Source: Octopus vulgaris (lineage: Eukaryota). Taken from it: DNA of 64,000 nucleotides. The stretch is taken from assembly GCA_951406725.2 (NCBI GenBank), contig OX597817.1, positions 153,760,001 to 153,824,000 of the forward strand. The letters are read 5' to 3'. The translations under genes were made by a program, and so were the position numbers. Position 1 is the first letter of the stretch. The number at the start of each line of letters is the position of its first letter. This document shows, piece after piece, positions 13,806 through 28,109 of the stretch. Below the pieces are notes generated by a model that was not told where the DNA came from, searched no databases, and was given only the letters and a program-made list of their open reading frames with translations.

Positions 13806-13999
13806 GATGTGTGTGTGTGTGTGTGTCTGTATGTGTGTATGCGCGCGCGCGTGAGTACGAAATTTTACTCAAAATATATAGGTGGGTGAACCTGTGTCTA
13901 TAGAAAGTGACATTTGCCCAAGATGCCACACAGTGGAGTCGAAACCTTGAGCTTGTGGTCCAAAACAGCGAACTTCTTAACCACTTAGGCGTACAGTGG

Positions 14000-14039
<40 letters not shown>

Positions 14040-14076
14040 GCACAATATGATCTTTCATATTCTGTGTTGTATATAG

Positions 14077-14457
14077 GAGCACTCCGTCGGTTGCGACGAT
14101 GAGGGTCCCAGCTGATACGATCAACGGAACAGCTTGCTCGTGATATTAACGTGCAAGTGGCTGAGCACTCCACAGACACGTGTACCCTTAACGTAGTTCT
14201 CAGGGAGATTCAGCGTGGCATACAGAATGTGACAAGGTTGGCCCTTTGAAATACAGGTACAACAGAAACAGGAAGAAAGAGCGAGAGAAAGTTGTGGTGA
14301 AAGTGTACAGCAGGGATCACCACCACCCCCTGCCGGAGCCTCGTGGAGTTTTAGGTGTTTTCGCTCAATAAACACTCACAATGACCGGTCTGGGAATCGA
14401 AACCGCGATCCTCCGACCGCGAGTCCGCTGCCCTAACCACTGGGCCATTGCGCCTCC
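14077..14457 (-). mobile_element. SINE family B, full length
   Basis: TSD attctgtgttgta. Confidence 0.9.
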
Positions 14458-14769
14458 ATTCTGTGTTGTAGTGGTTCAACAAAAGGAGTCTAACAACCAA
14501 CTAGTGTCAATGTGACTGGCTAAAAAACAGAACGTTCAAAACGGAAGCCAAACATGGTCGTCGCTGTCAAATTACTGAAACTAGAAACATAATAACATAG
14601 AAGAAAATGAATAGTATGTCTATATAAATGAAGAATGAACGAAAGAAGTAAAAAGAGAGGATATAAACTTAACACACATGCATTTATAAATGTAATCAAC
14701 CACGTTTCCTTTCTGTGGTATGCGACCGCATGAACCGGAAGGAACTTGGAAATCATTTTCTTAACACAA

Positions 14770-15273
14770 TATATATGTATATTTGTATATATACATATGT
14801 ACATACACATATATATTTATATGTACATATGCATATATGTGTATATATAAATGTATTTATATATATATACACGTATATACATGCATGCATATATATGTAT
14901 ATATATGTGTATATATATGTGTGTGTATATATGCATGCATATATATGTATATGTATGTATATATATATATATGTATGTATATATATATATATATATATAC
15001 GCATATACATGCATAAATATACACATATATACATACATATATATATACATATATACATATATATACATATATATATACATATATACATATATATACATAT
15101 ATATATATACATATATATATATGCATATATATGTATATATATATATGTATATATATATATGTATATATATATGTATATATATGTATATATATATATATAT
15201 GTGTATATTTATGCATGTATATGTGTATATATATGTGTATGCATATACATGTGTGTATATATAAATATATGTG

Positions 15274-15322
<49 letters not shown>

Positions 15323-15390
15323 ATATGTACACATATGTATGTATATACACATAAGTATGTATATATATATAAATGTATATTTATATATAT
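14770..15390. repeat. Degenerate AT/GT/AC microsatellite block
   Basis: Direct reading. Confidence 0.9.
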
Positions 15391-15391
15391 A

Positions 15392-16056
15392 CTAGCAGCA
15401 TAGCCCGGCGTTGCCCGGGTATGTAAGAGCCCCTAGTAGGCAACGACTAATCCCAATCTAGTCCTTTCCCTCTAGGGAACGAAGGCGCATGTGTAGGTTG
15501 CAATGTCTTCTCTTCACTCCTAAATAACTATCAAACAGCTATCGATAATTCAACCCAACCAATTCCTACTAGGAAGAAATTACATTCGAGACTTTACCCC
15601 CAACACCGCCACTTCTGCTAATAGCTGCTGCAGCCGCAAGTTATACGAATACTTCTTTTGTTTACACTTTCTTTATAACTATCACCCCAAACGTTTTACC
15701 TTAAATTTTTGACGTACCCTAAGGGTCCTCGGACGCTACTTGCAAACTCTTGGTTTATTATAAACTGCTTTTGTCGTGTGCACCAAAAAACCTTTTCCAT
15801 TCGTTTGTTCAGTTTGGTCACTTTTGACTTTTTCGTTGTTGTCACTCACATTGCTGCCCGCTTTTTTGCCGTTTTTGTACATTGTTATACATTTTGGGAT
15901 ACTTACCCCACGTGTTCCGAGAGTTAAAAAGGTCGAGTTGCGTCCCTAGACAGTCTGTAAAAAATGTGTTGCATATAAAAAGCTTAGATTCTCGACCCCA
16001 TGTCCAATATATCGATTTTTTTTCAGAACTGTGGGAACTTTTCAAAATTTTTGCTG
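15392..16056 (-). mobile_element. Non-autonomous Helitron (D3-related, longer), 5' end lost at a SINE B
   Basis: + strand reads ctagcagcatagcccggcgttgcccggg (hairpin+CTAG on -); 15930-16056 is homologous to 19335-19450. Confidence 0.7.
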
Positions 16057-16427
16057 CGTCGGTTACGACGAAGAGGGTTCCGGTTGATCCGATCAACGGA
16101 ACAGCCTGCTTGTGATATTAACGTGTAAGTGGCTGAGCACTCCACAGGCACGTGTACCCTTAACGCAGTTCTTGGGGATATTCAGCGTGACACAGAGAGT
16201 GACAAGGCCGGCCCTTTGAAATACAGGTACAACAGAAACAGGAAGTAAGAGTGAGAGAAAGTTGTGGTGAAAGAGTACAGCAGGGATCACCACCATCCCC
16301 TGCCGGAGGCTCGTGGAGCTTTACGTGTTTTCGCTCGATAAACACTCACGACGCCCGGTCTGGGAATCGAAACCGCGATCCTACGACCGCGAGTCCGCTG
16401 CCCTAACCACTGAGCCATTGCGCCTCC
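16057..16427 (-). mobile_element. SINE family B
   Basis: Near-full-length match. Confidence 0.9.
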
Positions 16428-16762
16428 ACGGTATTGCAATAGTCTAGGGTTCAATGGCCTACAGCTTTTCAATGCCCTGCTACAAAAGTTAAGAAATTTG
16501 CGAAAGGTGGAAGTAGATGTCTTCAAAAAGGAATTAAACATCCTCCTCTCTACAAAACCGGATGAACCAACAGCCCGACATGAGGTACAGACGAGGGCAG
16601 CGGAATCAAACTCAATTATAATTCAAACGTACCAACAGCTGGGGAAAAGGCACAGACAGGAGTGATGATGCGAAAGACCCAGACTGAGAAAGTCAGAAAG
16701 ACGATAGTGGTGCTCCAGCATGACCTCGGCCGCATGGCTGAGACGAGTAAAAGAGTAAAAGT
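16428..16762 (+). mobile_element. 3' end of a CR1/L2-clade LINE (ORF2 C-terminus plus 3'UTR/tail)
   Basis: Open frame RYCNSLGFNGLQLFNALLQKLRNLRKVEVDVFKKELNILLSTKPDEPT...RAAESNSII resembles the CR1-type ORF2 end; followed by ggtgctccagcatg...agtaaaagagtaaaag tail. Confidence 0.75.
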
Positions 16763-16767
16763 AGATA

Positions 16768-16806
<39 letters not shown>

Positions 16807-16927
16807 GTAAATATACATATATGTGTATGTATATATGTATATATTTATATAAATGCATATATATGTATATATATATATATACGTATATGTATATGTATGT
16901 ATGTATGTGTATATATATATATGTATA

Positions 16928-16984
<57 letters not shown>

Positions 16985-17028
16985 GTGTGTATATATGTAT
17001 GAATATATGTATATATATATATAGGTAT

Positions 17029-17060
<32 letters not shown>

Positions 17061-17362
17061 GTCTATATATATATATGTACATATATATATATGTCTATAT
17101 ATATATGTATATATATGTATGTGTGTATATATGTATATGTTTATATGTATGTATGCATATGTGTGTATATGTATATATATGTATATCTATATATCCATAT
17201 GTATTTACTCTTGTGTGTGTGTAATATGCATACTGATGCATACATGTATATGTGTGTATGTGTACAAAAAAAGACAGACTAGAAGATAGATAGATGCCTT
17301 TGTGTGCCAGATTAGAAAATGAAAGGAGAGTGAGAGGAGAAAGTGAGAAAGTGAGAGTGGGG

Positions 17363-17396
<34 letters not shown>

Positions 17397-17803
17397 AATT
17401 GGGACGGGGGGGGGGAGATTTAGAATGTGAAAGGTTGGGGAGATATAGCTTTCCATTCATGCTTGAAAAACCTCGCAAAAATACGTAAATAAATATGAAC
17501 ATGTACAAATAAATAAAGTGAAAGAAAATTATAACCGTATTACCCACCTACTTCGCTATCAATTTCTCATTTTCCTAGTTCAAGTGGTCACCATTAACTT
17601 TTTTTTTTACGGGCTTTCAGTCAACCTTCCAGCGTTATAGATACGCCTTATCAAACTACACATTCACCTTCCTATGACCCGGTCCCCAGCGAACTTAAGG
17701 AAAGCTATTCAACTTCAAACACACAATCGCAGGAAGACAGACATTCAATTTTAAAAAGGCGCGTAAAATATGCCCGACTTCAAGCACGATATCAAAATAT
17801 ATG

Positions 17804-18025
17804 TTTCTTTATTACCCACAAGGGGCTAAACATGGAGGGGACAAACAAGGACAGACAAAGGGATTAAGTCGATTACATCGATCCCAGTGCGTAACTGGTA
17901 CTTAATTTATCGACCCCGAAAGGATGAAAGGCAAAGTCGACCTCGGCGGAATTTGAACTCAGAATGTAACGGCAGACGAAATACGGCTACGCATTTCGCC
18001 CGGCGTGCTAACGATTCTGCCAGCT
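17804..18025 (-). mobile_element. SINE family C (young subfamily)
   Basis: Reverse complement of the 54346 copy. Confidence 0.9.
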
Positions 18026-18051
18026 CAAATGTGAATACCCTGACACGTAAC

Positions 18052-18109
18052 TACATACATACATACATACATACATACATACATGCATACATACATAGAT
18101 ACATGCATG

Positions 18110-18141
<32 letters not shown>

Positions 18142-18259
18142 CATGCATACATACATACATACATACATACATACATACATACATACATACATGCATGCAT
18201 GCATGCATGCATACATACATACATACATACATACATACATACATACATACATACATACA

Positions 18260-18290
<31 letters not shown>
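18052..18290. repeat. (TACA)n microsatellite
   Basis: Direct reading. Confidence 0.95.
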
Positions 18291-18558
18291 GCACACATAG
18301 ATTTCCATTCATATTTATACTACTAATCATTGGTGCATTTGGTTACGTTAACAAATGTCGACGCGACAATATGAAAAAGCTAGGGTTTTCAAGCCACGAA
18401 GAACTCAGTTAAAACGAACTCTAGCGAGGCAATCTGCAAGTGGAAAAGTAGAGGTTCGCAAAACTTTCTTAAGGTTCAATATGTTCTTATACAAATTTCA
18501 GTTTTGGATCTTTTCTTTTTGTTGTTAGAAACGAGCTCTCAAAATGAATAAAATATTA

Positions 18559-18721
18559 GGCGCAGGAGTGGCTGCGTGGTAAGTAGCTTGCTTACCAACC
18601 ACATGGTTCCGGATTCTTTCCCACTGCGTGGCACCTTGACCAAGTGTCTTTAACTATAGCCTCAGGCCGACCAAAGCCTTGTGACTTGATTTGGTAGACG
18701 GAAACTGAAAGAAGTCCGTCG

Positions 18722-18795
<74 letters not shown>

Positions 18796-19033
18796 CGTGT
18801 GTATGTGTGTGTGTGTGTGTGTATGTTTGTATGTCTGTGTTTGTCCCCACAACGTCGCTTGACAACCAATGGTGGTGTGTTTACGTCCCCTAATCTAGCG
18901 GTTCGGCAAGAGTTACCGATAGAATAAGTACTAGGCTTCCAAAGAATAAGTACTGGGGGTCGATTGATCGACTAAAGGCGGTGCTCTAGCATGGCCGCAG
19001 TCAAATGAGTGAAACAAGTAAAAGAGTAAAAGT
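18559..19033 (+). mobile_element. SINE family A, full length
   Basis: ggcgcaggagtggctgcgtggtaag head to aagtaaaagagtaaaag tail. Confidence 0.9.
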
Positions 19034-19206
19034 GAATAATGCTTCAATGCCTTAAAATGCTAGAGTTCTCCAATAATGAATTAAAAGCACCGATTTGCAT
19101 TCTCTAATTGCATTGGTTCAGTGTTGCAGTGGAAATTGATTAAACATTCCAGGCATCTTCCATTCGAGGCTTCTTGATTGACAACATTCACGCAGTTATA
19201 TGTAAA

Positions 19207-19590
19207 CTAGCAGTATCGCCCGGCGTTGCTCAGGTTTGTAAGGGAAATAACTATAAAGCATTTTTAGAGAGTTATAGCCAAAAAATAGCAAAAAAATGGA
19301 AAAAAAATGATGGTAAATTTTTTTTTTAGTTAAAAAAGGTGGAGTTGCGTCCCCTAGACAGTTTGCGGTTTGTGTTTCTGATTCTCGACCCCATGTCGAA
19401 TTTATCGATTTTTTTCAGAACTGGGGGAACTTTTCAAAATTTTCGCTGCGTTAGTTTTGAATTATGACATTGGGCTATGTGTGTGTCAAGTTTCATCAGA
19501 ATCGGTTGAAAGCCGTGGTCAGGGTGAGGGTACAAGCAAACAGACACACAGAAACACGCACAGACAAACTGCCGTTTATATATAGAGAGA
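19207..19590 (-). mobile_element. Non-autonomous Helitron (D3, mosaic)
   Basis: 3' end shared with D1, interior shared with the 15392 copy; TC/CTAG termini on - strand. Confidence 0.75.
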
Positions 19591-19851
19591 TATGAAATGA
19601 GTACGCATATGCATAAATAGTAGTGAAGCGCGGGCGCACGCATACACAGGGTTGTGTACTCAGGTGACCCTTACACACATATAAATACAGACACTAATTT
19701 GTATATTTATAAACACCAAGAACTTACTGTCAATTATATAAGATCATTGTCACGTTCTTTGTGACCAGACTGAATTATACAAAAGAAAAACTTGAATAAA
19801 TACTTCAGATATGTTCAAAGCTTCCATGAATATGCATCAGGAGTGGCTAGT

Positions 19852-20017
19852 GGCGCAGGAGTGGCTGTATGGTAAGTAGCTTGTTTACCAACCACATGGT
19901 TCCGGGTTCAGTCCCACTGCGTGACACCTTGGGCAAGTGTCTTCTACAATAGCCTCGGGCCGACCAAAGCTTTGTGAGTGGATTTGGTAGACGGAAACTG
20001 AAAAGAAGCCCGTCGTA

Positions 20018-20092
<75 letters not shown>

Positions 20093-20313
20093 AGATAGAT
20101 AGATATATGTATGTGTGTGTTTGTGTGTCTGTTTTTGTCCCCCCCTAGCATTGCTTGACAACCGATGCTGGTGTGTTTATGTCCCCGTCACCTAGCAGTT
20201 CGGCAAAAAGAGACCGATAGAATAAGTACTGGGCTTACAAAAGAATAAGTTGCTCGATTAAAGACGGTGCTCTAGCATGGCCGCAGTCAAATGACTGAAA
20301 CAAGTAAAAGAGT
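19852..20313 (+). mobile_element. SINE family A, full length
   Basis: Family match. Confidence 0.9.
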
Positions 20314-20405
20314 AATATACCTTACACACTTACACATATGTGTGTGTACGTAAATACACACACGCAAAGCAAACATACATATATGCATACGTACGTACAT
20401 ACATG

Positions 20406-20645
20406 TGGAGGCGCGTGGCTTAGTGGTTAGGGTGTCAGTACCATGATTGTAAGATTGTGGTTTCGATTCCTGGACTGGGCGACGCGTTGTGTTCTTGAGC
20501 AATACACTTCATTTCACGTTGCTCCAGTCCACTCAGCGGGCAAAAATGAGTAACGCTGCGATGGACTGGCGTCCCGTCCAGCTGGGGAACACATACGCCA
20601 TGAGCCCGGCTAGGCTTTAAAAGGGCGCATTTATTATTTATTATT
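20406..20645 (+). mobile_element. SINE family E (tRNA head related to B, CORE-like gtgttcttgagcaa.acactt, (TTA)n tail)
   Basis: A/B boxes tggcttagtgg / ggtttcgattcc; older relative at ~55636-55920. Confidence 0.75.
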
Positions 20646-20677
20646 TACGTACATACTTACGATACATAGAAACGTGT

Positions 20678-21062
20678 GGAGGCGCAATGGCCCAGTGGTT
20701 AGGGCAGCGGACTCGCGGTCATAGGATCGCGGTTTCGATTCCCAGACCGGGCGTTGTGAGTGTTTATTGAGCGAAAACACCTAAAAAGCTCCACAAGGCT
20801 CCGGCGGGGCATGGTGGTGATCCCTGCTGTACTCTTTCACCACAACTTTCTCTCACTCTTACTTCCTGTTTCTGTTGTACCTGTATTTCAAAGGGCCAGC
20901 CTTGTCACTCTCTGTGTCACGCTGAATATCCCCGAGAACTACGTTAAGGGTGCACGTGTCTGTGGAGTGCTCAGCCACTTACACGTTAATTTCCCGAGCA
21001 GGCTGTTCCATTGATTCGGATCAACCGGAACCCTCGTTGTCGTAACCGACGGAGTGCTTCCA
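20678..21062 (+). mobile_element. SINE family B, full length
   Basis: Family match. Confidence 0.9.
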
Positions 21063-21552
21063 TCACAGCGTCACTGATTCAACGCTGACTTATTTGAAAT
21101 CAGGCGTTTTAATGCTTCTCTCGTTATCTTTCCTCCCTACCCCCCCCTCTCTCTCTCTGCATATTTTTCTTTGTGCTTGAGAACAGGGAAAAGTTTATGT
21201 CAATCGTGTTCAATTAATAAATTGCAATCTCTGTCTCCCCAACCTTCTTTCTCTCCTTCCTTTCTCTCTTCTTTCTCTCTCCCTCTCCCTCCTTTCCGCC
21301 TTTCCTTCTCTCTCTCCATTTCGCTCCTCTCCCTCCCCTCCCCCTTTCTCTGCATGAGTATATTTCTGCACGTGCGTATTTTTGGTCCCGGCGCCGTAAA
21401 GTACTCTCATCAAAACAAACTGAATGTCCAGTCATCTTTGTCGCATCGTCTGCGGCCAAACAGCTTCACCATATCGTTTTATTACTGGAACTGACTGAAA
21501 CGCTAAGGCCAAAGAAGTCATGCGCAGTTTTTTTTTAAAAATTGCATTCTCA

Positions 21553-21972
21553 GGCGCAGGAGTGGCTGTGTGGTAAGTAGCTTGCTAACCAACCACATGG
21601 TTCCGGGTTCAGTCCCACTGCGTGGCATCTTGGGCAAGTGTCTTCTGCTATAGCCTCAGGCCGACCAATGCCTTGTGAGTGGATTTGGTAGACGGAAACT
21701 GAAAGAAGCCTGTCGTATATATGTATATATATATATGTATGTGTGGGTATATGTTTGTGTGCCTGTGTTTGTCCCCCTAGCATTGCCTGACAACCGATGC
21801 TGGTGTGTTTACGTCCCCGTCACTTAGCGGTTCGGCAAAAGAGACCGATAGAATAAGTACTGGGCTTACAAAGAATAAGTCCTGGGGTCGATTTGCTCGA
21901 CTAAAGGCGGTGCTCCAGCATGGCCGCAGTCAAATGACTGAAACAAGTAAAAGAGTAAAAGAGTAAAAGAGT
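21553..21972 (+). mobile_element. SINE family A, full length
   Basis: Family match. Confidence 0.9.
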
Positions 21973-22525
21973 CATACATATACTCTCATACATACGTGCA
22001 CAGTAACATTTTTTTTCCGAGAACAAACATGATACTAACTAAATTCAGCTTGTTTTATATGGTTTAAAATTTTTAACTTTCCTAATATTTCCATGTTAGA
22101 TGATATGGTGATATCAGTTAGAGCGGAAATTTACGGGATAAAAAAATATCACTCTCTCAGTTCCAAAGAGCGGAAGAAGGATTAAAAATCAACTTCATCC
22201 ATACATACTTACATTCTTACATACATACATACATACATATATACATATATACATATACATACATATATACATACATATATATACACATACATATACATAC
22301 ATACATATACACATACATATATACATATATACATACATACATATATATGTATATATGTATATATACATATATGTATATATAAATGTATGTATATATATGT
22401 ATATATATATATATGTGTGTGTGTGCATATATGTATATGTATATATATCATCTTGAACATAAGCACGCACACACATACATACATATATATGTATATATGT
22501 ATATATACATATATATATATAAATG

Positions 22526-22576
<51 letters not shown>

Positions 22577-22970
22577 GTGCATATATGTATATGTATATGT
22601 ATCATCTTGAACATAAGCACGCACACACTTTTATGTGTACACATGTACAAACATATACATACATATGCTTACATACAAAATACCCTCAGATTTAAAGAGA
22701 TACAGAGAATGATTAAATCTATCTAAATCTCCGGATTATCTTTGCACAACCTGAGGAATCTATTTCTGTATGATAGAACAGTCGTAAATATGCGAGACTT
22801 CAAAAGTATTTGAAAATATTCTTGAGAAAAACTATAGAAGACAAGTCGCATTATACCGAAAATAATGTTTTCATTACTCCAAGATTTCAGGAGAACTTGG
22901 ACTAAACTCAGTTCTAGAACTCTTCTAGATAACCAGCCTTCTTTCTTCAGATCTGTTCTTCACGGCACGT

Positions 22971-23268
22971 GGAGGCGCAATGGCCCAGTGGTTAGGGCAG
23001 CGGACTCGCGGTCATAGGATCGCGGTTTCGATTCCCAGACCGGGCGTTATGAGTGTTTATTGAGCGAAAACACCTAAAGCTCCACGAGGCTCCGGCAGGG
23101 GATGGTGGTGATCCCTGCTGTACTCTTTCACCACTATTTTCTCTCACTCTTACTTCCTGTTTCTGTTGTACCTGTATTTCAAAGGGCCGGCCTTGTCACT
23201 CTCTGTGTCACGCTGAATATCCTCGAGAACTACGTTAAGGGTACACGTGTCTGTGGAGTGCTCAGCCA
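22971..23268 (+). mobile_element. SINE family B, 3'-truncated
   Basis: Match stops after gtgctcagcca. Confidence 0.85.
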
Positions 23269-23364
23269 TGCCCTGTTGTGTTTTTATATCCATTTTATAT
23301 GCACACTATATATGTCTGTTTGTGTGCATGCATGTATACTATACACACACATATACACATACAT

Positions 23365-23397
<33 letters not shown>

Positions 23398-23496
23398 CAT
23401 ACATAGATGTGTGTAAGTGTGTGTGTATATATATATATAACGGGAAGCTTTATGAAAATAGACAAAAGACGAAGGCAGGTGGAATACAAACAAACA

Positions 23497-23604
<108 letters not shown>

Positions 23605-24004
23605 TTGAGAGGGATGACCACTATGTATGTAATACAATTTTCTGAACCTTCAGATTTTAATATGCTAGACCACTGGTTTTAAATTTATGTTAATCAAACT
23701 AATATCCAATATATATGTGTATATATATATAGAATTAAAAGTTTGGCTTATTAGGAATCAGAACCTAAAGGCAAAATTAGTGAGCACCCTCCGTCACTTC
23801 TGTGACCCCTATTAATTTTTGTGCTTTTAATTTGTTGTTTACAGTTTTACCGTATTGACAAAGGAAATTAAGTTTAACCTGGGCGTTAAGTGCCGCTGGT
23901 GAAAATTAAGGAGATCTACACTAAATTTCGAAATCGCGATAGGCTAGAGACTTACCTCGCTTTGTCAGTCATTAAGTACAATGCTTTAGTGTCTTTAGAA
24001 TTAA

Positions 24005-24398
24005 CTAGTAGTATAGCCCGGCGCTTCTCGGGTTTATTTCGACCCTTTAGAATTGGAATTTTTGAAAAGTAAAAATTTTGCATTATGTAGCTTGTTATTC
24101 TCTTTAAGTTAACATTTTTCTGGTTGAAATGCACCGAAAAATAGCGACACAGTAGTCAAAAAATCGTAAAAAATAGGGATTTTAATAGAAAAACAGCACC
24201 TTTGTGATGTAAATAATTTTTGGTCTTAACATGGTCCGATTTGAATTTTATCTTCTACAGAATAAGGAGCAAGCCTTCTTCTATCATTATCTCAATTTTG
24301 GTCAACTTGTGCCGCAGGGTCTCGGAGGAGATAATGTTAGTTGAAGGCTACCGAACCTGCCACATACACACAGACAACTTCAGCTTTATATGTATAGA
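24005..24398 (-). mobile_element. Non-autonomous Helitron (D2)
   Basis: Homologous to 1060-1456. Confidence 0.75.
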
Positions 24399-24487
24399 TG
24401 TAACTCTTATTTTAGCGTAAGCAGTGCTAGTCAGCACCCTCCGTCATTTTTGTGACCTTTATTAATTTTACACACTCACAAACACAC

Positions 24488-24573
<86 letters not shown>

Positions 24574-25201
24574 TAGAAATAATAACAGACAACATCAATG
24601 ATATAGATTCTGGAAGAGAGCTCGGAACTTCATGGATAAGAAGTAAACTTAACCACGTAGTCATACCTAAAATCCAAATGAAGGGATTTGTTTCTTTCTT
24701 CAGAAACAAGCTCCCCCTTTATTGGAAGAATTCAAAGAATTCGAAAAGCAAGGGAATATATATACATCCATACGCATACGCATGTATATGGATGAATGTA
24801 TGTGAGTTTATATATTTGAATATACGCTCTTACTCTCCACATTCATGTTATTTTGCAAATGAATAAAACCCGTTCCTTAACAATGTTCTTTTGTTGAAGT
24901 TTAAAGAACGTTGAGTATTTATTTGTTTATGTGTACGCCTGTGTCTAGGTGTCGCACATAATGAGTACAAGCGCACGTCTTATCAGTAAATTCAAACAGA
25001 ATATTTTAAACATCTCCAGATTTCGGTGATTCTACCGTTCTAATCTCTTCTAAGAATGCGATTCAATATGTTTTGTTCTTCTCTTTGAGAACACCAGTCT
25101 TACATTTCGAAAACTTGCGAACATTTTGAAAGCATTTATGAAGTGACGACTGTGAAAGAACATCATTATTTAGGTTGCGATGGATATATTTCACTACATA
25201 A

Positions 25202-25269
<68 letters not shown>

Positions 25270-26009
25270 CCGGATCCAATTTAAGCAGTCCAACGGTTAG
25301 AGTAAACTGGACACTGAGATTATAAAAAAAGGATATATACAATAAAAAAACTGTTCCCTACATTTTTCGTCAGTTTGCAGTATACAGAATTTTATACTTT
25401 TCGATATGATAGACATGAGATATACAAACGATCCAATTCCATTCTGACTTCGTGGAACTACACTTTTCGGTATTGTAGCTAAGAAATGCCAACATATGTT
25501 TCAATAAAGTCATTGTGTAGTTACACATGTAAAGCTATCACTTGAGCAAACATTCCAAATAAACTTTCACTTGATTTTTTTTTTAGATGCGATCTATGTA
25601 CTTTAGTTGGTAGTAGAACTTACAACGGTAAAAGATTGCACAGTGTGAAACAATATTCTATTCAATAACGATTATTCGGATCGAAATGAAATTGGGATAT
25701 ATTTTTCCCATGACAACAAAGGTATTAAGTTTTGATGATTATTGTTCCAATCTATAGTTATTCTTCAGCAAGTGTCCGGAAACCTAACGTTTCTAAGAAA
25801 TTGAATCTTTTGGACTCAAGTTTTAATCATTTTGTTACGGAAATCTCAGATATGCAAATAACGTTTCTTAATTTGCGAATCTCTAGAAAACTTTGAAATA
25901 TACCTTCCTTTTAAAAATAAAAAGCTTTCGCTTGATATATAACTTGTGAATGAAATTTATGAAATTTTACTGACGGAAACTTCAGGGAAGATCATCGTTT
26001 CATATATAT

Positions 26010-26214
26010 TACTCTTTTACTTGTTTCAGTTATTTGACTGCGGCCATGCTGGAGCACCGCCTTTAGTCGAGCAAATCGACCCCAGGACTTATTCTATAAG
26101 TAAGCCCAGTACTTATTCTATCGGTCTCTATTGCCGAACCGCTAAGTGACGGGGACGTAAACACACCAGCATCGGTTGTCAAGCAATGCTAGGGGGACAA
26201 ACACAGACACACAA

Positions 26215-26267
<53 letters not shown>

Positions 26268-26416
26268 CTTCTTTCAGTTTCTGTCTACCAAATCCACTCA
26301 CAAGGCATTGGTCGGCCTGGGGCTATAGCAGAAGACACTTGCCCAAGATGCCACGCAGTGGGACTGAACCCGAACCATGTGGTTGGTTAGCAAGCTACTT
26401 ACCACACAGCCACTCA
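26010..26416 (-). mobile_element. SINE family A
   Basis: Family match. Confidence 0.9.
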
Positions 26417-27541
26417 TATATATATATACACACATTTGAAAAGGGTTAACAATCCACTCACATCAAAGTTTATACGTAAAAAAGTAAAAGTGTATATATG
26501 TATATATGCATATTTATCTACGTATGTTTACGCCGGTGTAAAGCGCTGTGCTTGCTTGCAATCTATTATGCGGTAAACATACCTTATCTTTTCGATCAAT
26601 AGAGGGCAATAACTACTGGTCAACAATAGGTGCTGGGCTCAGTTTGACAAACTAAACACCATGATTGGGATAGCCCACCATGGTCACACACTATTGACTG
26701 CAACCAGTAAAGTATCAAAAGAGCTATGCATCATCGATTGAAACGATACTAATGGAAGTATGATGGACCATATTTCATTGATTCACAAAGAGATTCAAAG
26801 CTGGGTTCATACCGACAGAATTTAGATTCATGGTGTTGGGAGAGACCGGATATACTACAATAGAACATTCATTTTTGCACCCACACCGCTTCTGACACTT
26901 CATCTCCGTAAAGCAAATTGAAATAATAGTGAGATTGTTCGCGTTTCTGTGTCTGCAAGTAGAAACTGGTCTAGAAAGATAAACATCGGGATAAGTGTGT
27001 GATATATTGTTTATCAGTATTACCTACATTTTTTACGGGCGTCTAATATATGTAAGAAATATTGATATGATTCGACTTGTTCACACATAGTAGTACGCGC
27101 ATTTGAAAGAAATTTAAGGGGCAAATATGTATAATAAAATTTCAATACAAAGATAACTGTAACAACTTTATGACTCAACATACAGACCATATCTCTCTCT
27201 CTCTCTCTCTCTTTCTCACACACACACAAAACTATGATGAATCATAAAGTTATCCACTCATCATCGGACAGAAAATATCAAACACCTCCCTTGGCATAGC
27301 GTCCAAAATATCTTTTAACGAATTGCCCTCTTCCTAGAAAAGAATCAGAAGACAAACATGCTAGATTTCACACTACTGTGTAATAGACTCAAAATGTTAC
27401 GTCAGTATTATTTTCATCAAGCTCACAGGCTAAATTGGTGCTAAACACAACCTACACATACATACATACATACATACATACATACATACATACATACATA
27501 CATACATACATACATACATACATACATTCATACATACATAC

Positions 27542-27768
27542 TGTTACATCGCAATACTACACATTGGCTGTGTGAACTACGGAATCCTCGTCGCCACTGT
27601 TATATCGCACGTTCGGATGTCCTCTACTACTCAACTCTACTCTGCTCTACTCTTTTCTAGTCTACCTTCGACTGCTACTCAGCTCTGTTCTCTTGACGTC
27701 TAGGCTTCCCCCTTTATATCTACGTATTGGGCTAGCCTACTTCATCGTCTGGGGGCATCCACACAACA
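27542..27768. mobile_element. Solo-LTR-like element
   Basis: TGT...ACA termini, 5-bp TSD catac/gatac; inverted homologue at 29385. Confidence 0.6.
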
Positions 27769-28109
27769 GATACTTGCATACATACATACATACATACATA
27801 CATACATACATACATACATACATACATACATACATGCATACATACATACATACATACATACATACATACATACATACATACATACATACATACATACATA
27901 CATAGTTATATATAATGCACATACATATGTATATAAGCATATATGTATTTATGTAAGTATCTATGAATGTATGCATGTATGTGTATATTACGTACGTAAT
28001 GTACGTATAGTACACATTTAGAAATTACATCAATTTTCTCATTTGCAAGCCAAAAACATAATATCGAAGTTTAGAAATATCATCCTCTTGGTTGGTATTG
28101 AGTCATATT

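Noticed and set aside
17620-17800. Open frame QPSSVIDTPYQTTHSPSYDPVPSELKES... after a possible acceptor
   Set aside because: Wrong phase for exon 1, no good donor, no recognisable domain
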